A stretch of DNA of 64,000 bases from a virus (Duplodnaviria > Heunggongvirae > Uroviricota > Caudoviricetes). Position numbers and translations under genes: made by a program. Position 1 is the stretch's first letter. Every line of letters starts with the position of its first letter. Positions 24,956-34,227 of the stretch are shown one piece after another. The DNA lies in the IMG/VR virus record IMGVR_UViG_3300021400_000025, positions 86,479 to 150,478 of that record; one strand, 5' to 3'. The notes beneath the pieces were generated by a model. It worked only from the letters and a program-made list of their open reading frames with translations, searched no databases and was not told the DNA's origin.

Positions 24956-26128
24956 ATGTTGAAGGTTCAAGAGTTCATCAAGGGCAACTCGGATTGGGAG
25001 TGCTTGCTTTCGTCCGAGCCTTATTGCATCTCAATATCGCACGATACGATGTATGGGCGCGATTTGGTCATGTTCAAGTACGACCAGATTCGCTCTGACT
25101 TGTCCATTCCTCTTGTTCAGGAGTGTCGTGGTCTGATTCTGGATTCAAACACCTTCGAGGTCGTGTCCCATCCCTTCCACAAGTTCTTCAACTATGGAGA
25201 GGAACTGGCTGTGGACATTGACTGGAAAACAGCCTGGACATCCAGTAAGATCGACGGATCCATCATCAAGGTCGTGAATCTGGATGATGACAATTTCCTG
25301 ATTTCAACGAATGGCATGATTGACGCATTCAAGTGTTCTCTGCCTGAGAACTATGGCCGTCCGTTTGAGACCTTTGGCGAGCTGTTTCTGGAGGGAATGA
25401 AGTTCTATGGTCTGACGATGGATGATTTTCCCCGGCTGTTCAAGCCTGGATTCACCTACATGTTCGAGTTGACTTCTCCTTGGAACCAGGTTGTGGTGAA
25501 TTGGAATGAAACCAAGGTGTGGTTCATTGGGGTGAGGGACAACAGGACTGGCGAGGAGATTAGGTTCTCTGACCACGAACTGTCCAAGATCTTCGACACT
25601 CCCAGGGTGTTTCCGATGAGGTCGTTCGATGATGTGGTGAAGGCTGCGAAGGAACTTCCTGACGACGAGGAGGGATATGTGGTGTGTGATTCTGGATTCA
25701 GAAGGGTGAAAGTCAAGTCCCCCCGATACGTCCAGCTCCACTACATGGCCGGCAACCAGATTTGGTCTCCAACGAGGGTCATGGAGATAATCCGGGACAA
25801 CGAGGTGTCGGAGTATGTGGCATACTTCCCCAAGTTCAAGGTGGCGTTCGACGAAATCAAGGCGAAGTACGATGCCTATGTGGATGAACTGGAGGATGTG
25901 AAGGAGGCCATTGACAATCTGATGGTGGTGGAATGGAACATCACCAAGAAGGACTTCGCCAAGTGGGTGTTCACCATCAACACCATCCGCCCTTACTCTG
26001 GGTTCGCGTTCTCCTACTTTGATTCAGTATACGCGAAAGTCAAGAAGGACGATGCCCTGGTCAGGAACGTTGACGAGTACCTTGCCAAGATGCCCACTGC
26101 GAAGTTGGTGGAGGCTCTTGGATTGTAA
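24956..26128 (+). CDS. rnlA: ATP-dependent RNA ligase 1 (T4 RnlA / gp63 family)
   Basis: Track ORF 24926..26128, with the ATG at 24956 lying after SD caaggagc. The motifs VQECRGLIL, KIDGSII (the KxDG nucleotidyl-lysine motif) and EGYVVCDSGFRRVKVKSPRY match T4 Rnl1 ALECRGIMF, KEDGSLV and [20 protein letters not shown]. Confidence 0.8.
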   Translation: MLKVQEFIKGNSDWECLLSSEPYCISISHDTMYGRDLVMFKYDQIRSDLSIPLVQECRGLILDSNTFEVVSHPFHKFFNYGEELAVDIDWKTAWTSSKIDGSIIKVVNLDDDNFLISTNGMIDAFKCSLPENYGRPFETFGELFLEGMKFYGLTMDDFPRLFKPGFTYMFELTSPWNQVVVNWNETKVWFIGVRDNRTGEEIRFSDHELSKIFDTPRVFPMRSFDDVVKAAKELPDDEEGYVVCDSGFRRVKVKSPRYVQLHYMAGNQIWSPTRVMEIIRDNEVSEYVAYFPKFKVAFDEIKAKYDAYVDELEDVKEAIDNLMVVEWNITKKDFAKWVFTINTIRPYSGFAFSYFDSVYAKVKKDDALVRNVDEYLAKMPTAKLVEALGL

Positions 26129-26153
26129 ATACTTTCAATAAGGAGAAACCGAA

Positions 26154-26753
26154 ATGAAGATTGTCAACGAGATTGGGTTGAACAGGTTGTTCAACAAGCA
26201 TACCGAGAATGGCTATGTCATGGTGTCTGCTTGCCGCCATGACTGGAGCGATGACGATGAGGTTGAGAATCGCGAAATCAACAACATCAAGACGAAGGAG
26301 CTGAAGGAGGACATCCAGAAGGCCGGCTACCAGTACATCCCTGTCCAAGGTGGATTCGTTGAAGACGATGGCACCGAGGTTGTTGAGAGGTCGTTTCTCA
26401 TCGTCAACTTCAGAAACAAGTCCGGCAAAGGGGAGCCAGCCGGCGACTTCTCCAAGTTGAAGGATCTCGCAATCAGTCTGTGTGGCAAGTACAACCAGGA
26501 TTCAGTTCTTGTGGTTGAGCCCGGTGGCAAGCCAACCTACTACACCCGAGAGGGCGAGGTTGATGGTCAGTTCAATTCTGTTTCTGCAAGAGACGCGGCC
26601 CAGCAGTATTTCACCAGGATTGGTGGTGGAAGGAAGTTCTCGTTCATCGAGGGGGCTTCCCAACCAGGAACAATCAATGGAGTGCGTTCAAGGCGCATGA
26701 CTGGCGAGATTTGCGAGTTGGCCGGCTATGACAGGCGCAGGAAGGGAAAGTGA
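26154..26753 (+). CDS. hypothetical protein (199 aa)
   Basis: ORF track. SD aaggagaaacc. Confidence 0.5.
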   Translation: MKIVNEIGLNRLFNKHTENGYVMVSACRHDWSDDDEVENREINNIKTKELKEDIQKAGYQYIPVQGGFVEDDGTEVVERSFLIVNFRNKSGKGEPAGDFSKLKDLAISLCGKYNQDSVLVVEPGGKPTYYTREGEVDGQFNSVSARDAAQQYFTRIGGGRKFSFIEGASQPGTINGVRSRRMTGEICELAGYDRRRKGK

Positions 26754-26765
26754 GATTTCTTCCCT

Positions 26766-26812
26766 GACCCCCTTGACTTTCAGACCGAAATATGAGATAA
26801 TATAGGTGTCAA
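26766..26812 (+). promoter_or_regulatory. early promoter (ACCCCCTTGACTT-N17-GAGATAATATAGGTG)
   Basis: Member of the conserved promoter family. Confidence 0.5.
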
Positions 26813-26824
26813 GAGGAGAAGGGG

Positions 26825-27145
26825 ATGCCTTTGAGTTCCCCACTAGGAGCAGAAGAGATGACGAAGACTGTTATTGATGGAGTGGAGATCAAGGTGGGTA
26901 GCGTGATCGCCTGGACGCAGTGGTTGACGTTCGAGTATGTGGTGGTTGACATCCCCACCAAGAATGTCCTCAAGATCGCCGGAGCGATGTGCGATCCCCG
27001 CTATGCTTCCACCCTCAAGAAGGGTCGCAAGTATTGGAGTCTGGATGGGCGCAGGGGCGTGGAAGTGAACCTTCGCCCCAACCATGAGAAGATTGAGGCG
27101 CACAATGACGCCATTCGTTCCAGTGAGCGCTGGATGTGCATGTGA
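26825..27145 (+). CDS. hypothetical protein (106 aa)
   Basis: ORF track. Confidence 0.5.
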   Translation: MPLSSPLGAEEMTKTVIDGVEIKVGSVIAWTQWLTFEYVVVDIPTKNVLKIAGAMCDPRYASTLKKGRKYWSLDGRRGVEVNLRPNHEKIEAHNDAIRSSERWMCM

Positions 27146-27167
27146 GATTTAGAAAGGAGAAATCAAG

Positions 27168-28037
27168 ATGAGCAAGGAAATCAAGGTTCGCAAGTTGCCC
27201 AAGGGGTTCAAGATCAACCGGAGGTTCCTGCAGTATGGACTTGAGTACAACCATGCCGTCAGGGACGAGATTTGGGAAAAGCATAGAGAGCTTATCGCTG
27301 AAGACGTTGTTGATTATAAGGATTATGGCAGCTATACCATTCTTGAGACGAAGCTGAAGATGTTGACTTTAGTACGGGAGTATCTCAAGGGCGAGGGCAT
27401 TGACATGGACGAGTTCAATGGTCTGGCTCCGACCAGAATCAATGCGTACAAGGCATATGAGTTCACAGCGATTTGGATTTGGTCCGAGATAATCTCCTTC
27501 ACGGAGGATGGGGAGCAGCCGAGCGAGTCTTGGTACAAGAAGTTTGGGCCTTGCGTTGCCTCTGTCATGCGCAAGTATCCCAAAATCACCGGCGTCCTCA
27601 TTTCCTGCGCAGACCTCCACATCCCCGGCAACAAGCTGCTTGATGTGTCCAAGATGGAGGACGCGGACTTCGACGCAGACCACACTGACGAAGGGTTGGT
27701 TGACGACAAGGCAGCAGAGTTCAAGGCGTGGATTATGACATGGTGCGACAAGGCAACCGAGAAGGACAAGATGCGAGTCCGCAACTGGTTCCAGACGAAG
27801 AAATCCCACAAGCAGATTTTCGCCGAGATCAACAAGGTGGCCGGCAACACATGGAAGTTCAATGCCCGCCTTGCCCTGTTCGTGGAACGCCTCTTCAACC
27901 AGGAGGGTCTGGACTACTTCTTTGAGAAGGCTGGATTTGCCTCCAAGGAGGATTTGTTCATGGCGTACTTCGAGAAGCTGACCCAGTTCGACGAGGAGAC
28001 CAAGAAGTCCTTCATCAAAAAGTATCTTCTGGGTTAA
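27168..28037 (+). CDS. hypothetical protein (289 aa)
   Basis: ORF track. SD aaaggagaaatc. Confidence 0.55.
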   Translation: MSKEIKVRKLPKGFKINRRFLQYGLEYNHAVRDEIWEKHRELIAEDVVDYKDYGSYTILETKLKMLTLVREYLKGEGIDMDEFNGLAPTRINAYKAYEFTAIWIWSEIISFTEDGEQPSESWYKKFGPCVASVMRKYPKITGVLISCADLHIPGNKLLDVSKMEDADFDADHTDEGLVDDKAAEFKAWIMTWCDKATEKDKMRVRNWFQTKKSHKQIFAEINKVAGNTWKFNARLALFVERLFNQEGLDYFFEKAGFASKEDLFMAYFEKLTQFDEETKKSFIKKYLLG

Positions 28038-28051
28038 AGGAGGTTGACAAT

Positions 28052-28306
28052 ATGAGAAGTCTAAATGGGACAAAATGGGCAAGGAAGCACAACCCATTCA
28101 GCTGCACACAACTGAGCGCTGACGTGAAAGGGGATGTCGTGACCTTGTGCATGGAAAATCCAAACGCAGTGACCATACGGGATTCAGAATCCAACATCCA
28201 CCATCTTGGGCGATTTGAATTTGGGGAGAACTTTGAACTGCTTTCTGACGATGGTTCTGAATCCCCGATTGAATTCGACACAAGCATTGGGAAGATGCTC
28301 TTATAG
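28052..28306 (+). CDS. hypothetical protein (84 aa), TAG-terminated
   Basis: ORF track. SD ggaggttg. Confidence 0.45.
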   Translation: MRSLNGTKWARKHNPFSCTQLSADVKGDVVTLCMENPNAVTIRDSESNIHHLGRFEFGENFELLSDDGSESPIEFDTSIGKMLL

Positions 28307-28336
28307 TCAAGGACGCAAAAGAAAGGATGCTGAGAT

Positions 28337-28612
28337 ATGACAGACAAAACCAACGATTGCAGCAGCAACCGGGCAAAGAAATTCTTGCTGATGCTCTTGT
28401 ACTATCCGTTTCAGCTGGTTATTCTCATATGCCTCTCTCCCCTTATCATATGCTTCATGGCTGCGATGAGGGCAGAAAGCCAAGCGTTTGAGGATGTATA
28501 CATGACGAAGGACAACCCCTGGCTGAACCCGGAAGGTCCGACGATGAAGCGCAAGCAAAAGCACTGGTGGATCACAAGGTTCATAGGGCTTGACTGTCTG
28601 TTTGACGATTGA
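28337..28612 (+). CDS. small membrane protein (91 aa)
   Basis: ORF track. Hydrophobic segment LLMLLYYPFQLVILICLSPLIICFMAA. Confidence 0.45.
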   Translation: MTDKTNDCSSNRAKKFLLMLLYYPFQLVILICLSPLIICFMAAMRAESQAFEDVYMTKDNPWLNPEGPTMKRKQKHWWITRFIGLDCLFDD

Positions 28613-28628
28613 TGAAAGGAGATTGAAA

Positions 28629-28826
28629 ATGGAAGTCTACAAGGTGACATACGAGGTTGTTGGGACAGTGACTGTGTCAGTCATGGCGAGTTCCCCAGAA
28701 CTTGCGTTGAAGGAGGCGGCAAGGGAATATCCCGAGTCCGACATCAACTTCAACCACATGTTGAATGTGCTTGACATGGAGCCGACAGCGGTTGAATGTC
28801 CTGATGGAACGGTTGTTGGGATCTGA
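28629..28826 (+). CDS. hypothetical protein (65 aa)
   Basis: Track ORF 28590..28826. The ATG at 28629 after SD aaaggagattg is preferred. Confidence 0.45.
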   Translation: MEVYKVTYEVVGTVTVSVMASSPELALKEAAREYPESDINFNHMLNVLDMEPTAVECPDGTVVGI

Positions 28827-28831
28827 TTGCG

Positions 28832-29212
28832 ATGGGATATGATCTCACAATGACTGTTGGATGCAGGGCAGAAAGGAATTCCAAGCCCCTCCAGAGGATT
28901 GACATGTTCCGTGGGTTGAGAGAATTGACCAAGTGCTTCTCGCATGGGTACAAGATTGCCTCGGTTTTCATGCAATCTTGCGACAGGCGTGGGGAGAAGA
29001 AGTGCGCCCACATACTTGATTACGAATCCCTTGTTGTGAAGTTGTTTGACCTGTCCTTGTCCTACAGCGTGTGTGGAGTCCACCATAGCAACGCGCTTCC
29101 ATTCGTGTATCTGCATCTGATTGAGAACAAGGACAACTCCACCACGAACATTGACTCGCATTTCATTGAGGCGTTGTCCAAACTGTATTTCCAAAAGGAG
29201 ATTGCGAAGTGA
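28832..29212 (+). CDS. member 1 of a tandem paralog family (shared motif DxSLS..R...TNID)
   Basis: ORF track. The DLSLSYSV...TTNIDSHFIEALSKL motif is shared with six neighbouring ORFs. Confidence 0.55.
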   Translation: MGYDLTMTVGCRAERNSKPLQRIDMFRGLRELTKCFSHGYKIASVFMQSCDRRGEKKCAHILDYESLVVKLFDLSLSYSVCGVHHSNALPFVYLHLIENKDNSTTNIDSHFIEALSKLYFQKEIAK

Positions 29213-29550
29213 AGCGTCCAACCAGAAAGAAGTTGCTTGAAGCGTTGACTGGTCTGATATGGGAAAGTTCGTATCGTCCAGTGACCATGGTGAAGATTTA
29301 CCATGTCAACTCCTGGGGAGACCCCAACTTTGAAAGTCAGGAGCTGTTCTCCAACCTTGACGATGTTATTGGCAGGTTGATGGACTTGTCCCTTTCCCAT
29401 AGGATTGTCAAGGTGTCCAGTGCAGAGTTCAAGTATGGCGGTGGAACGTTGGTTGTCTTTCGCGTCATGCAAGACCCAAACTTCAGGACGAACATTGACG
29501 CCGAGATTCTTGACGCAATAAGTAGAGTTGAATTTGGGAAGGAAGGTTGA
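29209..29550 (+). CDS. paralog family member 2
   Basis: ORF track. MDLSLSHRIV...RTNIDAEILDAISRV. Confidence 0.55.
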   Translation: MKRPTRKKLLEALTGLIWESSYRPVTMVKIYHVNSWGDPNFESQELFSNLDDVIGRLMDLSLSHRIVKVSSAEFKYGGGTLVVFRVMQDPNFRTNIDAEILDAISRVEFGKEG

Positions 29551-29553
29551 TGA

Positions 29554-29901
29554 ATGGCGTATAGTTCTGACATGGATGGCATTAAGGCAAATGCCGTAGT
29601 GAAAACACTCAATGGGGAAAAGGTGGCGAAAGTGATAGTTGAGGAGGTGTTCAATGGGGAGTCATGCCACAGGACTTCAATCCAGAGCATGGACGCTTTG
29701 CTCTCCATCATGTTCGACAAGTCAATTGAATTCAGAATAATTGGAATACAGGTGTACAGGTTTGAGGGTGGCAACTATGTGTATTTCACGTTGAAGAGGA
29801 GCGAGGACTTCACAACGAACATCGACGAAGAGATGCTGAAGGCGATAAGCAAAATCAAATTTGGGAGTGAAATTGAATTTCATGAAGGAGCACAAAAATG
29901 A
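29554..29901 (+). CDS. paralog family member 3
   Basis: ORF track. ...TTNIDEEMLKAISKI. Confidence 0.55.
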   Translation: MAYSSDMDGIKANAVVKTLNGEKVAKVIVEEVFNGESCHRTSIQSMDALLSIMFDKSIEFRIIGIQVYRFEGGNYVYFTLKRSEDFTTNIDEEMLKAISKIKFGSEIEFHEGAQK

Positions 29902-30086
29902 CTGACGCATTCAATCAAGAAGTAAAAGTTGGCGACAAGGTTGTGTACATCAAGAAGGTTGCTGGATGCAGCAGCAACATTCTTCTGGCGAAAGGCACAA
30001 TCACGGAAATCAAGGGACGCATCATCAAGGTGACAGGCCACAACTATGGTGTGATGTCCCAGTCCGTGATGAAACTGGAGGCATGA
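29898..30086 (+). CDS. hypothetical small protein (62 aa)
   Basis: ORF track. Its start overlaps the previous stop (ATGA). Confidence 0.45.
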   Translation: MTDAFNQEVKVGDKVVYIKKVAGCSSNILLAKGTITEIKGRIIKVTGHNYGVMSQSVMKLEA

Positions 30087-30090
30087 TGGC

Positions 30091-30462
30091 ATGGGCAAGC
30101 GGTCTCAGACATGGAACAAGCCACTTTCACGAAGGATGCTGGAAAAGCAGCTCAATGAACTGGTTGGCATGAGCGTGAACAAGCCAGTGGCAAAGATTAC
30201 CGTGTATCTTGTGTTCGGCTTTGACGACCCCAACGCCCTCCGCGCGGAGGAATTCAATGGTTCGGACATGAAAAACAACCTCTTTGGCTATCTGATGGAC
30301 AAGTCCTTGACGAGTAGAATCTTGGACATACATTGGTGCAGTATGCTTGACGTGATGACGATTGGCATAACCATTCAGACATTTGCCGATGGCAGGGTGT
30401 TGAGCGAGACCAATATTGACTCCAGGACGATGGAGTGGTTTGAGAAAATGAGGATGAAGTGA
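30091..30462 (+). CDS. paralog family member 4
   Basis: ORF track. MDKSLTSRILD...ETNIDSRTMEWFEKM. Confidence 0.55.
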   Translation: MGKRSQTWNKPLSRRMLEKQLNELVGMSVNKPVAKITVYLVFGFDDPNALRAEEFNGSDMKNNLFGYLMDKSLTSRILDIHWCSMLDVMTIGITIQTFADGRVLSETNIDSRTMEWFEKMRMK

Positions 30463-30463
30463 C

Positions 30464-30589
30464 ATGGACAACAAGAACATTCTGATTCACGTCCTATGCC
30501 AATTGGCCGGCTTCCTGATTGGAATGGCTCTCGGACTTGGCTTGGTTGCGTTAATCTGCAAGATGGGCTGGCTGGAGAAGTTTCTATGA
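30464..30589 (+). CDS. hidden 41-aa single-TM peptide (MDNKNILIHVLCQLAGFLIGMALGLGLVALICKMGWLEKFL)
   Basis: Manual translation. The ATG at 30464 overlaps the previous stop, and its own TGA overlaps the next ATG (ATGA). It is below the track's 60-aa cutoff. Confidence 0.4.
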   Translation: MDNKNILIHVLCQLAGFLIGMALGLGLVALICKMGWLEKFL

Positions 30590-30939
30590 GGAAAACAATC
30601 ACCAGAAAGGAACTGGATTCCAAGTTGAGGCATTTGGTGCAGGAAAGCAAGACCTGTGATGTTGTTTGTGTGGATGTGTATTCCAACAGCAACAACCTTG
30701 ATACATTGGACTGCGCTTGGGTCAATGGCTTCTATGGAAAGAAGATGAAGGACGATTTGTTTTGCTTCTTGATGGACAAGTCCCTTACAAGCAGGATAGT
30801 GGATGTCCATATGGGGACAATAATGGGATTGTTGGCTTTGCGCATAACCTTGTTTTCCCAGGACGAAAGACCGTTGAAGAGAACCAACATTGATGGAAAG
30901 ACAATGAGGATGCTTGAAAGAGTGAGGTTTGTGTCATGA
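30587..30939 (+). CDS. paralog family member 5
   Basis: Track ORF 30496..30939. By alignment with its paralogs the start is the ATG at 30587. MDKSLTSRIVD...RTNIDGKTMRMLERV. Confidence 0.5.
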
Positions 30940-31268
30940 AGACGTCTGATGAGATAATAGAATTGCTCAAGAAGCACATGTCTTTGTTCAACAATATGTT
31001 TTCAGAAGTGGTTTTGCGTCTGGATTTTGACACGAAGATACAAGTCAGAAACACAGATTCCCTATTGGAGAAGATGCATGAATTGTCCTTGTCGTATGTC
31101 GTTGTGGACATGATGTCGTATTCTTCGTTTGACCAACCTCCCATTGTGGAAATCCTCATTCAGCATTCAATTGATGGGCAGACGAACATTGATGCCGACT
31201 TCATGGAGGAATTGGCGAAATTGAACATATTGCAAGGAGGTTGGAGCAATGACTACAGAAGAAACTAA
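30936..31268 (+). CDS. paralog family member 6
   Basis: ORF track. HELSLSYVVVD...QTNIDADFMEELAKL. Confidence 0.55.
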   Translation: MKTSDEIIELLKKHMSLFNNMFSEVVLRLDFDTKIQVRNTDSLLEKMHELSLSYVVVDMMSYSSFDQPPIVEILIQHSIDGQTNIDADFMEELAKLNILQGGWSNDYRRN

Positions 31269-31566
31269 ATGCGAACTGTGTGGGAACGAATGCAAGCCAG
31301 ACAAGCATCATTTAATCCCACAGGCCCAGTCACGCCACAAGAACAAGTACCTCAAGACTGACGAGGGCAATTTCCTCTGGATATGCACCGAGTGCCATTC
31401 GCAGATACATGCCCTGTTCTCCAACTACGAATTGAAGACCCTCTACAACACCAAGGAGGCTCTGCTTGCCGAGCCGAGGATGCACAAGTTCGTTGAATGG
31501 CGCAGGAAGCATCCAGACTTCAAGGGCAGTTCCAAGATGGCGAAGGAACGGAGACCAAAACGATGA
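31249..31566 (+). CDS. HNH endonuclease
   Basis: CELCGNEC...DKHHLIPQAQ...NFLWICTECHSQIH shows the Cys pairs and the HH..N..H core of the HNH family. Confidence 0.75.
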   Translation: MTTEETKCELCGNECKPDKHHLIPQAQSRHKNKYLKTDEGNFLWICTECHSQIHALFSNYELKTLYNTKEALLAEPRMHKFVEWRRKHPDFKGSSKMAKERRPKR

Positions 31567-31625
31567 CAGTCGCGTAGATGGCAAACGTCCTTGGTATACT
31601 CTAACAAATAGAAAGGAAAACAACA

Positions 31626-32399
31626 ATGAAAACAGCAAAACTAGCAACCACAATCATGTTAACCACAGTCAGCTTCCTCGTTGGATGCTCACAGATTGAT
31701 TCCGACCAGGCGGGCTTCAAGACCCAGTTCGGAAAGCCAGACGAGACCGTACTTGGTCCTGGTCTCTATGGCATCAACCCCATTGGTGGCTCAATGGTGA
31801 AATATTCCATAAGGGATACGAGGTTTGACCTGACAACCCAGGCGTTTACGAAGGACATGCAGGAGGCTACCTTCAATGTTTCAGTGGTTATCGCGCCTGA
31901 CAGGAGCCGTCTTGTGGAAATCCACACGAAGTACGGCGCTGAGTACGCGAAAGTCCTGCTTGAACCTGCCCTTGAGGACACGCTCAAGAACATCGTCGGT
32001 AATTGGGAGGCTGAGCAGCTTGTCAACAACCGAACCAAGGTGGTTGCAGCGATTAGCGAGGGGCTTCAGAACGAGTTGAAGGGACTTCCCATCCAGTTCA
32101 AGAACTTCAAGGTGCTGAACATAGACTTCTCCGACGCATTCGAGAAGAGCATTGAGGAAAAGGTGGTTCAGCAGCAGGCCGCGCTCAAGGCGAAGAACAA
32201 GACCTCCCAAGTCAAGGAAGAGGCTGAGCAGAAACTGATCCAGGCAAAGGCCGAGGCGGAGGCAATCACCATTCGCGCAAAGGCTTTGAACGAGAACAAG
32301 GACATCGTGTTCCTGAACCTCATTGAGAAGTGGGATGGCAAGGCTCCGTCCACAATCTCGTTTGGGGGGAGTTCTGGACTGTTCCTTCCCACAAAGTGA
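31626..32399 (+). CDS. SPFH/band-7 (prohibitin/stomatin-like) domain lipoprotein
   Basis: The signal peptide ends in a lipobox (LVGC followed by S). The QQQAALKAKN...AEAEAITIRAKAL segment is typical of the SPFH C-terminus. A tggtatact -10 lies upstream. Confidence 0.65.
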   Translation: MKTAKLATTIMLTTVSFLVGCSQIDSDQAGFKTQFGKPDETVLGPGLYGINPIGGSMVKYSIRDTRFDLTTQAFTKDMQEATFNVSVVIAPDRSRLVEIHTKYGAEYAKVLLEPALEDTLKNIVGNWEAEQLVNNRTKVVAAISEGLQNELKGLPIQFKNFKVLNIDFSDAFEKSIEEKVVQQQAALKAKNKTSQVKEEAEQKLIQAKAEAEAITIRAKALNENKDIVFLNLIEKWDGKAPSTISFGGSSGLFLPTK

Positions 32400-32436
32400 A
32401 GTTCCAAGATGTCCAACAAGAGGAAGGGGAGGTGAA

Positions 32437-32598
32437 ATGACGATGATGACCAAGGAAGACCTCATTCAGAATTACGGTTGTGTGGATTGTGATGCAACCG
32501 ACAAAGCAGCTGAGAAGTACAAGAAGGTGGAAGATGACTTCCGAGAAGCATTGGACAAAAGGCGAGAAGAACTCGGATTGCAGCCAATTGGCGATTAA
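32437..32598 (+). CDS. small hypothetical protein (53 aa)
   Basis: Within track ORF 32323..32598. The ATG at 32437 follows SD ggaggtgaa. Confidence 0.4.
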   Translation: MTMMTKEDLIQNYGCVDCDATDKAAEKYKKVEDDFREALDKRREELGLQPIGD

Positions 32599-32640
32599 AC
32601 CCCCTTGACTTTGAGGCGGCGATGTGATATACTATAGAGG
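32599..32640 (+). promoter_or_regulatory. early promoter (ACCCCCTTGACTT-N17-TGTGATATACTATAGAGG)
   Basis: Member of the conserved promoter family. Confidence 0.5.
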
Positions 32641-32668
32641 TATACAAGTTTCAAGAGGAGATAGAAAG

Positions 32669-32878
32669 ATGACATCCTACAAGGCAATGCCAAAGGTGGA
32701 GAGAAAGGCTTTCAGAGCCAAATTGGAAAAGGGGTTCAACGACCTCGGATACTGGTTTGGTGTTGGCAGCATTGGAAAATGGTACGCAACTCCCTTTTCC
32801 GGTGGAAAGGATATTGTGTTCAAGGATATCTTTGACGCAGAGAGGTTCTTGGATGATGTAAAGAAGGACGAGGATTAA
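32669..32878 (+). CDS. hypothetical protein (69 aa)
   Basis: Track ORF 32624..32878. ATG at 32669 after SD aggagatag. Confidence 0.45.
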   Translation: MTSYKAMPKVERKAFRAKLEKGFNDLGYWFGVGSIGKWYATPFSGGKDIVFKDIFDAERFLDDVKKDED

Positions 32879-32918
32879 ACCCAGACCAAAACGATAACCA
32901 CAAAAAGGAGAATACGAT

Positions 32919-33101
32919 ATGTGCAGATGGAAAAATGAATTCCACACGGATGACTATTATGGTGGAGACGATTATGATTGCCCCGCAGATGATCCCAACT
33001 ACAGTGAATCTGGGGAACATGGCTTCCATACAGACGATTATTGGGGTGGGAACGATTATGATTGTCCAGACGATGTTCCAAGTCAATTCAGATTTCCCTG
33101 A
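32919..33101 (+). CDS. small acidic protein with an internal duplication (HTDDY(Y/W)GG(D/N)DYDCP, 2 copies)
   Basis: ORF track. The repeat is visible in the translation. Confidence 0.45.
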   Translation: MCRWKNEFHTDDYYGGDDYDCPADDPNYSESGEHGFHTDDYWGGNDYDCPDDVPSQFRFP

Positions 33102-33128
33102 ATCCAAAAAGGAACGGAGACCGAAGAG

Positions 33129-33512
33129 GTGATACTTGACGGCAACAATGGTTGGTTTTGGACATTGACTGAACTTCCCGAGATGGCCAAGGGGAAGTTG
33201 GTGAAGTTCAATGTGATTGAGCGCAAGATTGAACCTGAATTCGGTTCAAGTTCGTTGGGTTTCGTTTTCGTTGACGAATTTGACCTTGCATATGATGTCT
33301 CCGATTCGGACACTTTGCTTGGAATCCTTTTCGATGAATCCCTCAAGTCAAAGTGCATTGCGGAAATTGATGTGCAACAGGCATATGGACATTTCGCTTC
33401 GGATGGGGTGATTGGACTTGCCATCAACATTGTTCTGGTTCAAGGCGCTGACAACCATACCAACATCGACTCAAATGTTCTGGACTGCTTTTCAAGGATC
33501 ATGAATAGGTAA
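33129..33512 (+). CDS. paralog family member 7 (diverged)
   Basis: ORF track. FDESLKSKCIAEID...HTNIDSNVLDCFSRI. Confidence 0.5.
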   Translation: MILDGNNGWFWTLTELPEMAKGKLVKFNVIERKIEPEFGSSSLGFVFVDEFDLAYDVSDSDTLLGILFDESLKSKCIAEIDVQQAYGHFASDGVIGLAINIVLVQGADNHTNIDSNVLDCFSRIMNR

Positions 33513-33513
33513 G

Positions 33514-33819
33514 ATGAAGTATTGTGTTCCAGATTTGCTTGACAAAATCAAGGCGAAGTACGAAGACTCTGACAGCAAGTCAATCAGTATGTACAGGTTG
33601 ATGCTTCAGTCGCACTCTGGAGATCCACCTGTATTCAGCATTGCGTCGGAAGAGATACTGGAATACGATGACCTCTGCGTGAGAATGTTTGACCTTGATG
33701 TGCATGGATGGGAGGTCATGGATGTTGAGGATTCCTCTAGGAACTTCACTTCCCCCATTGACATGTACGATACCGTTGAATTCATTTTGGTTACGATAAC
33801 CCTGTTCAGAAAACTATGA
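33514..33819 (+). CDS. hypothetical protein (101 aa)
   Basis: ORF track. Confidence 0.45.
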   Translation: MKYCVPDLLDKIKAKYEDSDSKSISMYRLMLQSHSGDPPVFSIASEEILEYDDLCVRMFDLDVHGWEVMDVEDSSRNFTSPIDMYDTVEFILVTITLFRKL

Positions 33820-34148
33820 CAAGAAAGGAAACAAAAGAAATGAGACATGTAGTCAGCAAGAACCGCGAAAATGTCCCCTATCAAGGATGCTGGGGATACC
33901 ACAGCTACAACTTCACCTGCCCCACGAAGGACAGAATCTACATCAAGGTTCTGAGGTTCGTTGAATCTCATCCGGGATGCAAGCGTTCTGACATTCAGTT
34001 TGGCGTATGGGGAAACCACAACAAGAGCAATTCCACCCTGTTCGCCCAGATGCTCTACCACGACATCCTTGACTACAACAGGAAGTTCGAGTACAAGGTC
34101 ACTCGCAAGGGAAAGAACCTTCTGCGCAAGGTCGGAAAGATGGGATGA
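33816..34148 (+). CDS. hypothetical protein (110 aa)
   Basis: ORF track. Confidence 0.45.
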   Translation: MTRKETKEMRHVVSKNRENVPYQGCWGYHSYNFTCPTKDRIYIKVLRFVESHPGCKRSDIQFGVWGNHNKSNSTLFAQMLYHDILDYNRKFEYKVTRKGKNLLRKVGKMG

Positions 34149-34190
34149 CCCCCTTGACTTCCGAGAAGCAATGTGATATACTGTAGGGGT
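34147..34190 (+). promoter_or_regulatory. early promoter (ACCCCCTTGACTT-N17-TGTGATATACTGTAGGGG)
   Basis: Member of the conserved promoter family. Confidence 0.5.
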
Positions 34191-34227
34191 TGTTGATTTC
34201 TTAAACCAAAAAAGGAGAAAGGCAGAA

